64,000 bases of DNA from an uncultured Bacilli bacterium (GTDB taxonomy: Bacteria; Bacillota_I; Bacilli_A; RFN20; CAG-826): contig CALVSI010000001.1 of NCBI GenBank assembly GCA_944358985.1, positions 80,156-144,155 of the forward strand, given 5' to 3'. This document shows, piece after piece, positions 46,845 through 55,622 of the stretch; position 1 is the stretch's first letter, and each line of letters starts with the position of its first letter. Position numbers and translations under genes: made by a program. The notes beneath the pieces were generated by a model. It did not search any database and was not told the DNA's origin. It saw only the letters and a program-made list of their open reading frames with translations.

Positions 46845-48982
46845 TTTTCATCTTCCTCCAAATCGAATATTTCGTCAGACCATCTCCTTAAATCATCAGG
46901 AGTAAAGTTTGCTGTTCTATCTTCAGGATGAACGAAAGCATTTCTGTTTTCTCTAAAGTCGTGAAGATCGCTAATTACTTTTTTATCGATTATACCACTT
47001 CTTCTTGCTTCAGAAAGCATATCGGAAAGCTTTCCATCTAAATTGTATTTATTCTTCAGAAGCATTTCTAATTTCGCTGCAAGATTAACAAAAACAAATT
47101 GATAATCTCCTGAAACAATCTTCTTTTCTATTAATTCTTTCTTTATGTTTTTAGGGTTCTTCAAGGCATCTTCTACCATATTAATGTGGTCATTTATTAA
47201 TCCAAAAACACTCATAAAATCTTCATATTCAGCAAACAATTGAACGTTCGAAGCTTTAAAGAATGAAACGCTCTTTAATAAAGAGTGAGCAGTAGAATAT
47301 TCTGACTTAAAAGCTTGCACATTAAGATTTTCTTCTTCAAATGAATAATTTTTATAGTCTCGTATGTTTGTAATCGACTTGAGAGAGTTTATTCTTTCAT
47401 CAAGATTTAATAAATCCAGGAGAATTTTATTATCCGCTTCTCTATTTTCCAATAATTCTGGAACAGGATTGATGTATAAAACAACAACTTCTTTTGAGAA
47501 ACCAGAATTTAATAGAATCTCAAATGTTTTGACCTTTTTAGAAAACTCTTTTTCGCCACTAAATATAAGCTTCAATGAATCGTCTTGAGACATTCCGATG
47601 TATTTTGGAATCGATTGAGTTATTTTTAACGCGGTTTCGATATTTGATTCAGAAACATTATTTAAATAAGCTAGATAGTTGCTTTTTGTTAATTCTTTAT
47701 GCTTGGCAAGAATATTCGGATTTGTAATAGCTGCTGATTTCATTTCGTTTAAACAAACAATGTTTGTTTCATAATTATCTTTCATGTATCCGTTCATGAT
47801 TGAATATGCCAATTCATAATCTTTAGAAACGTCAGTTAATCTAACAAGTGTTTTGAAGTTTTCATCAGAGTAGCTAAGTTTGTCGGATAAGAATTCTTTT
47901 GCTAAGCTTCTAAGCTGTTCATTTTCAATTTTTAATTTCAAAACGAGAGGCAAGGTTATTGTTCCAAATTTATCAGAGCTAAAATCAAATGTTCCAGGAA
48001 CGTAACCATAAATAGAATCATGAAGATCAACTTGAACGAACTCAATATACTTGTTCAATGTTTCCATGGAACGTTTGTCAGAATAAACTAATCCACTATT
48101 TGAATTATAGTTACCTTTGGTAAATAGCAATTTATTCTTTTGTTTTAATACTTCATCAATATCTTTAGGAATCAATAGGTCATTAATCTTTTCGCTATCA
48201 AATAGATCGAACGAAATATGAGGAGCATATTCTGACTTAAATTTAAATTTGTTCTTATATGCTACAGAGGCAGTAAATGTTTCGTTATTGTAGTGAGCTT
48301 CTGCGAACTTTTGAAGAACATCATCATTAAAGTTAATTGAAACAGCGGTTCCTTTGATTTCCATATCGCAGTCGTACTTTGCTGTCCAATTTTCGTATTT
48401 ACCAATAGTTTCAACTTTAGTGATAATTTCTTCTTTTTTAATGTCGACACCGCGTTTGCCTTTATTTAAATTAAGGAAAGCTTCAACATCTTTATTGCAT
48501 TTAAATGATGAAACAAACTCAGGAGTGAGCGCACAATCCATCAAAGGCCTTGGTTCCAAATCAGTATCAATAGATAAAGACAATTCATTCTTGGCTATAT
48601 TATAAAACACAGCAATTTTAGATTCCTTATTTACTCCAGTAGGAATAGATTCTTCAGCAAAGATCTTTTTGCCTTTTTCTGTAAACCTGAAATAGCCAAT
48701 AGAATAGGTTTCGAATTCATTTTTATAAAAACCATCACAGTTCAAGATATCTTGGCTTATTAATTTTTCAAGTTCATCCGCAAATATATATTGCAAGTTC
48801 TTCGGAACACCAAAATTTTCCAATAAATTGGAAAGTCCTACAGTTCTATCTTTAGATTCATTTATCAACACAAGCAAAATATAGGCAATTCCGCTTGGTT
48901 TTTTTACCTCGGAATACGTCACGAGTTCATTCATTTTAAAGAAGGGAAATTGAATTGATGTTTCTAATTTAAACTTATCCAT
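46841..48982 (-). CDS. 713-aa protein with a wHTH-like N-terminal region and a C-terminal HEPN RNase domain (start reassigned to MDKFK at 48982)
   Basis: SD AAGGAGG; 8-bp overlap with the helicase stop; C-terminal KLEMLL...LHDFRENRNAFVH (RxxxxH). Confidence 0.8.
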   Translation of the reverse strand: MDKFKLETSIQFPFFKMNELVTYSEVKKPSGIAYILLVLINESKDRTVGLSNLLENFGVPKNLQYIFADELEKLISQDILNCDGFYKNEFETYSIGYFRFTEKGKKIFAEESIPTGVNKESKIAVFYNIAKNELSLSIDTDLEPRPLMDCALTPEFVSSFKCNKDVEAFLNLNKGKRGVDIKKEEIITKVETIGKYENWTAKYDCDMEIKGTAVSINFNDDVLQKFAEAHYNNETFTASVAYKNKFKFKSEYAPHISFDLFDSEKINDLLIPKDIDEVLKQKNKLLFTKGNYNSNSGLVYSDKRSMETLNKYIEFVQVDLHDSIYGYVPGTFDFSSDKFGTITLPLVLKLKIENEQLRSLAKEFLSDKLSYSDENFKTLVRLTDVSKDYELAYSIMNGYMKDNYETNIVCLNEMKSAAITNPNILAKHKELTKSNYLAYLNNVSESNIETALKITQSIPKYIGMSQDDSLKLIFSGEKEFSKKVKTFEILLNSGFSKEVVVLYINPVPELLENREADNKILLDLLNLDERINSLKSITNIRDYKNYSFEEENLNVQAFKSEYSTAHSLLKSVSFFKASNVQLFAEYEDFMSVFGLINDHINMVEDALKNPKNIKKELIEKKIVSGDYQFVFVNLAAKLEMLLKNKYNLDGKLSDMLSEARRSGIIDKKVISDLHDFRENRNAFVHPEDRTANFTPDDLRRWSDEIFDLEEDEK

Positions 48983-51900
48983 TAATTCTTGCCTCCTTAT
49001 CACCAATGATGTCGGTGTCATCTAAGACTTTCCCATAGCGCTCTATTGTAGATAAAATCTCTTCATATACTCTGAAGTTATGTTGATCCATTCCTGGTCT
49101 TCCATATACATCTGGTAAGTCGATTACACCTTTTGATTCAAGGTAATTTCTATTGCCAACAATCACCAGCATTCTTCTAGCTCTTGATAAAGCAACATTA
49201 ATTCTTTGATATGCCAAAATGAACCCAGGATTACTTCTTCTTGGATCTTCTGGATTTCTAACAGTTGAAAGAATAATGATATCTCTTTCGTCTCCTTGGA
49301 AATCATCAACCGTGGAAACAATCATTTTCTCTGCATCTGTCTTAAAGGCATCTGTCTTAACTTTTTCACTCTTTATAACTTCTTTGATTCTTCTGGCTTG
49401 GTCACCATATGTGCAGATAATGCCAATGCTCAATCTTTCATGTGAAGGATTCTCTTTGAAATAGGTATTAAGCTTTCTTAATAATTCCGCCACTACTTTT
49501 GCTTCACCAGAATTGTACATTGATGTTGAATCAGCTTCATGAGTTTCGTTGCCTTTGCAATCAATAAAATAGATGTGCTTACTTGGTTCGATAATATTTC
49601 TGCCGTTTGAGAAAAGCTTAATGTTGTGCTGCTTTGCATTATTTTGACCTGCCCACCCTAATTTAAGCTCATTTCTATAGAAATGGTTGAAAACATTCAT
49701 GATGTGCTCGTGGCATCGATATTGTTGGACAAGCATTGTTTTATAGCTGGAAGGGATCTTTTCAAATAATGTCTTAAAGAAGCACTCCTCGTAAAGCTCC
49801 GTGAATCTTTTATTAATGTCTTTGTTTATGATGTTCTCGTCCAATCCTTCAAAATCATCATCGCGAAGTTTGGAAAATTCATACATAGGTGGAAGCTGTC
49901 TGTGATCACCAACCAAAATAATTGTTTTTCCATAAAGAATAGGGATTAGCAAATCGATAAAACTGGATTTTGAGACTTCATCAATGATGACAACATCAAT
50001 TCCCGCAGACTTAATATCAATGCTCTCTATGTTGTATTCAGATAAAGAATCTACGTTTCTACTTGTAAAGTAATCACTAGATGTGCAGGTAATGCCAAAG
50101 ACATTAGCGTTTTCAAAAAGCTCTTTTGTATAGTCTTTTCTGTCTCCTTCAATGACATCCTCTGTTGTGATGTAATTTGAAATCTTTTCATACATCGGAA
50201 TCTTTTCTTTGTTTTCTGATTCCTTTTTACTGTAGTCAGTATCTAATTCATCCCATTTACGCTTAATAATGATTAAAGCCTCATCTATATCATTAAATGG
50301 TTCTGAGATTTCGAAGTCCCTGAAGAATTGGATAATGCCGCTTTCTAACTTATATTTGTTTTCTTGAACTTCTTTAACATCGTTTCTGTCTTGAATATCA
50401 ATAATTTGCTCGTTCAAGCCTTTAATAACCTTTTTGCGAGATTCTATTTCTATATCAATTTTTTCTTGTTCGGATTCAACCTTGGTTAATTCATCTTTAA
50501 CTTTTTCAATATAGCTGTATTTAAGTTCCGAGATTTGCTCTTTTAATGAAATAATTAGTTCATAAATTGAAGCTGAGTTTGCAACTAAATATGAGAAATT
50601 AAAAATTTCTCCTAGTTTCAAATCGTCTGGCATCTTTTCACTGTCAGCATCTATTTGTTTTTTGATCTCAATCAATTCTTTTCTTAGTCTATCGTATTCG
50701 TCTTGTTTATCAGGGAGAACTTCATCGAAATCATCTTTGCACTTATCCATGCTGGTTTTAATTTCTTTTCTTTTAATTTCTAAAAGTGTCTTGTTTGACT
50801 CAGGATTCAAAATAGCTAGTTCCCTGTTAATTTCTTCTGGTTTTATTGCGTTAACAAGTTTAACTAAAACACCAATATCTTTATCAAGGAAAGTGTCTTG
50901 AGTGAATAAAGGCGACAAAGAATTTCGGTATTCCACTATTAAATCTGCCTTAACATCTTCATCTGGTTTTAAATTATCATTTTCGATATGTCGTATCGTC
51001 CTTCTGAGAACATCTATATCGATTCTTAATGTGTCCTTTTTATTGTTAAGACCAGCAATTTCTGAATTAATAACAGCTGATTTCTTTTCTAAATCTTTGA
51101 TCTCGTTATTAGCAGCTTCAAGAACCTTAATAGATTTATCAACTTTAGATTTTAAAAGTTTGAGTAAATCATAGTTTTCTCTAAACTCTTCCTTGTTCTT
51201 TTTGAAGTTTCTATAACGTTCTATAGATTTCTTCATATTTGAAGATATATTTGTATAAAAATTATCAACGAGATATTTTGGATCGTACTCATTGTCTTTC
51301 TTATTAATCGAAGGAATAAGTCTTAGCGGAACAATTTCAGCAATTTTTGGTAGACGTTCAAAAACGTTATCAATAGCTTTATGAGTTTCGCTAGAGATCA
51401 ACACTTTTTTACCTTTTTTAACCATTTGAGCAACGGTTTCAGCTATAACCTGTGTCTTTCCTGTTCCTGGAGGACCTTGCAATAAGAAGATACCATTGCT
51501 TGAAACAGCTTTTCTCACTGCTTCTTTTTGCATGTCATTAAGCGAATCTAAATACCAAGTCCAATCGCTAGGCTCAGCTTGAACGCTGTTAAGCTCTTCA
51601 GGATTAAACAAATATGTTGAAAGATATGGATTTTTAACATATCCGGAATAAAAGTTTTTAAGAGCCTGTTCTTGTCTGGCTATCTTAGCTTTTTCAGCAC
51701 GGCTATCATAAACGATAAATGAGCAAGAATTAATAATCTTAATCTGTTTGTCACTAATGATGTTATTAGCATCGCCGAGTCTAAAATACAAAGCAAAACG
51801 AATTATTGTTTCTTCATCAATTACTTTTTGTTTGTCGGCTCGTAAAGATTCATCAAGGGATTCTTTAGCAGAGATTTTTTCGTTTCTAATATCATCTTTA

Positions 51901-53486
51901 TATTTATTAGATATTTCGGTTTCTTTCTCGCCGCGATAAATTTTCAATTTATTAGCATATTCAATTCTTGTTTTTCTTTCAAATTCAGCTAGAAGTTCTT
52001 CATTTCTTTCCTTATATAGCGAAGTAATATCTATCTTGCTATATTCTTTTTCAAGAAGCTTGCTAATTCTCTCTTGGTATTCGGTTTCTTTCTCTTTTTT
52101 GTCTTTTGGATTTTTCTTAACAATCTCTTTTTTGATTTGAGATTGCAGATTTTGAATCTTGGCTAAAATTTTAGTATCTTTGTTTTCTTTAACATCCGAG
52201 TCTAGAGACAAAGCTAATTCTTTTTTCTTGTTTTTCAAAGAAGACTCAATCTCAGAGTCATATTCTTTTTCAAGCTTTTTAACTAATGCCTCTACTTCAG
52301 AAGCTATCTTTTTTTCATATTTTGAATCTATAGATTTGTATTTTTCATCTAATTCAATGTCGTGTTCGTATTCAAGTTCGGCTAAATGTTCTTCTGGAAG
52401 TATGTAATATGAAAAAACTTTAAATCTATCACCTAGAGCATAACCAGCAGAAAGCATATCACCAATTTTAGGGTGTTCATCGTTTCTTATTATGCTCATT
52501 GGATCTAACGAAGTAATAAACACATTATCGCTAGCTAATGAACGAATGGCACGTTCTTCTTCGCTTATGTTCTTTCCTCTTTTTAATACCTTAGCAGCTT
52601 CAAAACTCTTTTTATTTCTATCAATCGTTAATCTGACAACAGGGAATTCTTCGGCTTCTTCAATTTTGTCGGACAATAGAATCATTTCACCATAACTAAA
52701 TTCCGGTCTTTTATCTAAAAGATAATCTTCATAAATAGATGAATTTCTTCTGTATTCTTTTCTATTTACTGCATAGGCTTTCACAAATTGAGCACTATCT
52801 AATTTGAAGTTTCTCTTTGATTGCTCTTGAAGATAATAATTCCTGAACTCAATATATTTATTCCATTCTTCGTATTTCTTTCTCACTTCTTCAGGTTGAG
52901 AAACGGTATAACAGGAGCGGATCAATTCATAAACATTATTTGGAGTAAAATATGTTTCATTGTAATCAACGTTAGAAATGGACCAAATACTTACATTAAA
53001 TGTACCGTTTACACCACTTCTTTTTTCTACAGCAAAGGAATTGCACGCCATTGCTGAAACAACCAAATCATGAGGAGATCTCATTGAATCATCAATTAGC
53101 TGAATGCCTTTTACTTCAAATAATTTTTGTTTGCCACCTTCCACTATTTTGCCGATTAAAATAACATTCTGATTATCTGGCAAGTAGGAACGCATAGACA
53201 TTGTCAATTCTGGTCTAATTACAACATTATCCAAGAATTGCGTTTTTCCACTTTTCGATTCATTCTTCTCTCTAAGAAAATTAGGACAAGAAATGTAATA
53301 CTTTTTTGCCATTCCGGTTGGAAAACAAGTTTCAATAAATCTTTGAAAATTATTCGTTTGTCTTCTTAAAGGGATTCTTTTCTGAAGATTATTAAATTGA
53401 CTTCTAAGCGAATCTCCAAAAAGTTCATTCTTTGTAGAAATGTCTCTATCGAGTCTATCAGCAAAAGAGATAAATAAATAAGCCAT
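48975..53486 (-). CDS. SF1 helicase, UPF1/DNA2/NAM7-like, with long coiled-coil insertions (1503 aa)
   Basis: LNDMQKEAV, QGPPGTGKT, SETHKAIDNV, IIDEVSK, LVGDHRQLPP, QYR, TVDDFQGDERD, RINVALSRAR. Confidence 0.93.
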   Translation of the reverse strand: MAYLFISFADRLDRDISTKNELFGDSLRSQFNNLQKRIPLRRQTNNFQRFIETCFPTGMAKKYYISCPNFLREKNESKSGKTQFLDNVVIRPELTMSMRSYLPDNQNVILIGKIVEGGKQKLFEVKGIQLIDDSMRSPHDLVVSAMACNSFAVEKRSGVNGTFNVSIWSISNVDYNETYFTPNNVYELIRSCYTVSQPEEVRKKYEEWNKYIEFRNYYLQEQSKRNFKLDSAQFVKAYAVNRKEYRRNSSIYEDYLLDKRPEFSYGEMILLSDKIEEAEEFPVVRLTIDRNKKSFEAAKVLKRGKNISEEERAIRSLASDNVFITSLDPMSIIRNDEHPKIGDMLSAGYALGDRFKVFSYYILPEEHLAELEYEHDIELDEKYKSIDSKYEKKIASEVEALVKKLEKEYDSEIESSLKNKKKELALSLDSDVKENKDTKILAKIQNLQSQIKKEIVKKNPKDKKEKETEYQERISKLLEKEYSKIDITSLYKERNEELLAEFERKTRIEYANKLKIYRGEKETEISNKYKDDIRNEKISAKESLDESLRADKQKVIDEETIIRFALYFRLGDANNIISDKQIKIINSCSFIVYDSRAEKAKIARQEQALKNFYSGYVKNPYLSTYLFNPEELNSVQAEPSDWTWYLDSLNDMQKEAVRKAVSSNGIFLLQGPPGTGKTQVIAETVAQMVKKGKKVLISSETHKAIDNVFERLPKIAEIVPLRLIPSINKKDNEYDPKYLVDNFYTNISSNMKKSIERYRNFKKNKEEFRENYDLLKLLKSKVDKSIKVLEAANNEIKDLEKKSAVINSEIAGLNNKKDTLRIDIDVLRRTIRHIENDNLKPDEDVKADLIVEYRNSLSPLFTQDTFLDKDIGVLVKLVNAIKPEEINRELAILNPESNKTLLEIKRKEIKTSMDKCKDDFDEVLPDKQDEYDRLRKELIEIKKQIDADSEKMPDDLKLGEIFNFSYLVANSASIYELIISLKEQISELKYSYIEKVKDELTKVESEQEKIDIEIESRKKVIKGLNEQIIDIQDRNDVKEVQENKYKLESGIIQFFRDFEISEPFNDIDEALIIIKRKWDELDTDYSKKESENKEKIPMYEKISNYITTEDVIEGDRKDYTKELFENANVFGITCTSSDYFTSRNVDSLSEYNIESIDIKSAGIDVVIIDEVSKSSFIDLLIPILYGKTIILVGDHRQLPPMYEFSKLRDDDFEGLDENIINKDINKRFTELYEECFFKTLFEKIPSSYKTMLVQQYRCHEHIMNVFNHFYRNELKLGWAGQNNAKQHNIKLFSNGRNIIEPSKHIYFIDCKGNETHEADSTSMYNSGEAKVVAELLRKLNTYFKENPSHERLSIGIICTYGDQARRIKEVIKSEKVKTDAFKTDAEKMIVSTVDDFQGDERDIIILSTVRNPEDPRRSNPGFILAYQRINVALSRARRMLVIVGNRNYLESKGVIDLPDVYGRPGMDQHNFRVYEEILSTIERYGKVLDDTDIIGDKEARING

Positions 53487-53569
53487 GAAGTGTCCTTTGA
53501 AATAATTTTACAACAAGCGTGTGCGTGTTTGTTAATTATTTTACTCGGTTAACAACTTTTTTGTTGTTT

Positions 53570-53588
53570 TGTGCCCAAAATGGTAACA
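53570..53588. promoter_or_regulatory. Operator-like quasi-palindrome TGTGCCCAAAATGGTAACA upstream of the helicase operon
   Basis: TGT-N13-ACA flanked by T/A tracts; similar to 43368-43386. Confidence 0.45.
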
Positions 53589-53599
53589 AAAAAGGAATA

Positions 53600-53803
53600 T
53601 CAGTCGATTGATATTCCGTCGATACCAAGTATCTTGCATATTCTGAAGAATGTGGAGATGTCAGTACCGTGATTAAGAATTCGACTCACGGTCTTGCGAC
53701 TCGCACCAAGTTCTCTACCAAAGTTCTCTTGGTTTTTGAACTTATCTTTAATGCGACACTTGATTTCTTCCATAATTTTATTGGAAGAGTAGCAACTATT
53801 CAT
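53600..53803 (-). CDS. XRE/Cro-like helix-turn-helix regulator
   Basis: Q..FG.ELG.SR.TVS.ILN......I.T...IC..LG; SD GGAGGAGG. Confidence 0.85.
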   Translation of the reverse strand: MNSCYSSNKIMEEIKCRIKDKFKNQENFGRELGASRKTVSRILNHGTDISTFFRICKILGIDGISID

Positions 53804-53888
53804 ATAATCATGCCTCCTCCATTCAGCTGAGGCCTAGCTTATTAGTTGCAATCATATTTTATAATTTTGTTTCTCTTATGCAAACTTT

Positions 53889-54896
53889 TTAATACAAATC
53901 GACATCTCCTTCGATTACTTCATTTATGAATTTATGTATTCCTCTAAGAAAATATTGATCATAATTCCATTGAGAATCATATGGAGATTCATCAAAACAT
54001 AGTTCGCAGAACTCATACGAGAAATTGATTAAACCATCGATTATTTCTTCAACTTTTTCAAAAGATAAATTTACCCAATTAGCGGCATATCCACCATTTG
54101 GAAATTTGTGCTCTTCGTCTCCATAGACAAACAATTTAAGGAACTTTTTAACTTCCGGATTTCTCTCGAAAGGATTGTTATATAAATCATTATATGATTT
54201 AAGTGAGTTGTGTTTTGTGAAATTACTCAATAAAGAGATGAGCAAAAAATAACGATAATTTTTAAGACCAAAAATCGGATTCTTTTTCCCATATTCATTA
54301 GCAAATTTTCTTTGAACGAAACGAGTAATTTCATTGAATCGGCCTAAATCTTCATCATTCCTATAGCCATGTTTTTTTAATACATAAAACATTACACGCA
54401 AGTATTCTGCATGAACCCTTTGAATGTACTGGACCAAAATTGATCTAAGCAATTCATTATACTTTACAATGCGATAACTTTTAGCGATTGTAGCGGTTTC
54501 CAAAATCTCGTCATAATCATCCATATTCGAAGTAAATGCAATACGGCTTGATATAGAATTCTGTTCAACTTCTTCAGGGGTTTTTATGCTTTTAATCATA
54601 GGCACGTATTCATTTTTCCAGTCACTTAGTAAACCTTTAAGGCTGTCAACAAGATAGTTCACCGAGTAGTCAGAACGTTTAGATTTATTTGGAATGAAAT
54701 AATGAGTATTTCTTTTTGCTGTCATAAAATCATCAAAAGGAAAATAATCGCCTATACTGCAATTTTCAAATTCAAACGCTTTTTTAAGCCTTTTAGTATC
54801 GATAGAAAGTTTTCCATTATGTCTATGAAATCCATAGAACAAGATGTCGCTTTCGCCAATTCCGTCTTTAAAATAATCAAATAACTGTTTTTTCAT
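53889..54896 (-). CDS. Hypothetical 335-aa protein with a possible divergent HEPN motif (LSNFTKHN)
   Basis: Long ORF, helical C-terminal half; N..KH variant of the HEPN motif, lacking the canonical Arg. Confidence 0.7.
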   Translation of the reverse strand: MKKQLFDYFKDGIGESDILFYGFHRHNGKLSIDTKRLKKAFEFENCSIGDYFPFDDFMTAKRNTHYFIPNKSKRSDYSVNYLVDSLKGLLSDWKNEYVPMIKSIKTPEEVEQNSISSRIAFTSNMDDYDEILETATIAKSYRIVKYNELLRSILVQYIQRVHAEYLRVMFYVLKKHGYRNDEDLGRFNEITRFVQRKFANEYGKKNPIFGLKNYRYFLLISLLSNFTKHNSLKSYNDLYNNPFERNPEVKKFLKLFVYGDEEHKFPNGGYAANWVNLSFEKVEEIIDGLINFSYEFCELCFDESPYDSQWNYDQYFLRGIHKFINEVIEGDVDLY

Positions 54897-54909
54897 AATC
54901 CTAACAAAG

Positions 54910-54980
54910 TGTGCAGCACACCACTCCGCTTAATTGCCAAAGGTGTCGCTAATGCAACTTTCATTAGCTCCTGCTGCACA
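54910..54980 (-). ncRNA. Putative three-way-junction RNA in the 5' leader of the 335-aa gene
   Basis: P1 TGTGCAGC/GCTGCACA, P2 GCTAATG/CATTAGC, P3 ACACC/GGTGT; GC-rich against its background. Confidence 0.55.
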
Positions 54981-55036
54981 ATAAAATACTATCACAAAGT
55001 ATTAATTATTTAAAATCTGTCCCAAAATTTGACCCA

Positions 55037-55066
55037 AAAACCCACCACTTTTTGAAATGGTGAGTT
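55037..55066 (-). terminator. Probable terminator downstream of the truncated gene
   Basis: ACTCACCA...TGGTGGGT followed by TTTT. Confidence 0.45.
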
Positions 55067-55150
55067 CTGGTTACTTCTGAATAGTAGTTTTGTAGTTTTG
55101 ATATGTTCTTTAATATTTACACTTGATATAACCACAATTAGTTAAAGGGT

Positions 55151-55438
55151 TTATTTGTTTTTATCAAAATCGTTATATAGCTTTCTTAAATGGTCAAAAT
55201 AAGGAGCAAGCGCGTTTTCAAACATGAGTATGTTCTTATTGAAGAAGTCGCATATTTTATCATAATTGTCTTCTCCAAAAACTAGACTCTCATCAGAAAT
55301 TAAAACTCTCTTTGATGATTGTCCTTGGTTATTTATCCACTCAACTTTAAAACCGGTAATTTTTGATTCGATTTCATCTTTTTTTACTTTTTTATACTCA
55401 AGGATTGTTTCTTTAGTTTGCTGTTCTATATGGTTACC
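55151..55438 (-). pseudogene. 5'-truncated gene remnant resembling the C-terminal half of a DUF4268 domain
   Basis: Startless open frame GNHIEQQ...KDEIESKITGFKVEW...SKRVLI...DNYDKICDFF...FENALAPY...*; cut at the att-like site. Confidence 0.6.
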
Positions 55439-55476
55439 CTAAACGCGACTCGAGTTGGTTTGGAGTCGCGTTGAGG
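55431..55476. repeat. Two head-to-head degenerate copies of the tRNA-Arg 3' end forming a 10-bp inverted repeat (att scar)
   Basis: TGGTTACCCTAAACGCGACTCGA vs tRNA TGGCACCCTCGAGGCGACTCGA; AACGCGACTC...GAGTCGCGTT. Confidence 0.65.
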
Positions 55477-55557
55477 TCTAATTGACCGACTGTTCGAATT
55501 CTGCTCATTTTGATAAATTGGGCTTTTCTTTTGCTCATTGATTATCTCCATATAAAC

Positions 55558-55581
55558 AAAAAAGTACTACTACGTAGTACT
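55558..55581 (-). terminator. Terminator downstream of tRNA-Arg
   Basis: AGTACTAC-gta-GTAGTACT followed by a T tract. Confidence 0.7.
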
Positions 55582-55622
55582 GTTCTGTATTCTCACAAGT
55601 TATTAACCTGGAAAACTTGAAA

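Larger units (their letters stand above)
42252..55622. mobile_element. Genomic island at the 3' end of tRNA-Arg; no integrase visible
   Basis: Visible shift to less AT-rich sequence, accessory gene content, tRNA at the right boundary, degenerate tRNA-end copies at 42252-42280 and 55431-55453. Confidence 0.8.

Noticed and set aside
48983-49021. Longer start (MTPTSL...) of the HEPN protein
   Set aside because: It lies inside the helicase gene; the AAGGAGG SD supports ATG 48982.
44003-53057. Many short plus-strand ORFs within the island operon
   Set aside because: Antisense shadows (Ser/Leu/Phe/Ile-rich) of long minus-strand genes, with no independent support.
55151-55438. Possible frameshift in the DUF4268-like remnant
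   Set aside because: Recounting the A-run near 55277-55281 shows one continuous frame; the defect is the missing 5' end.
55426-55551. Tiny minus-strand ORFs (34-41 aa) between the tRNA and the att scar
   Set aside because: Too short, they cross the scar sequence, and nothing supports expression; more likely element debris.
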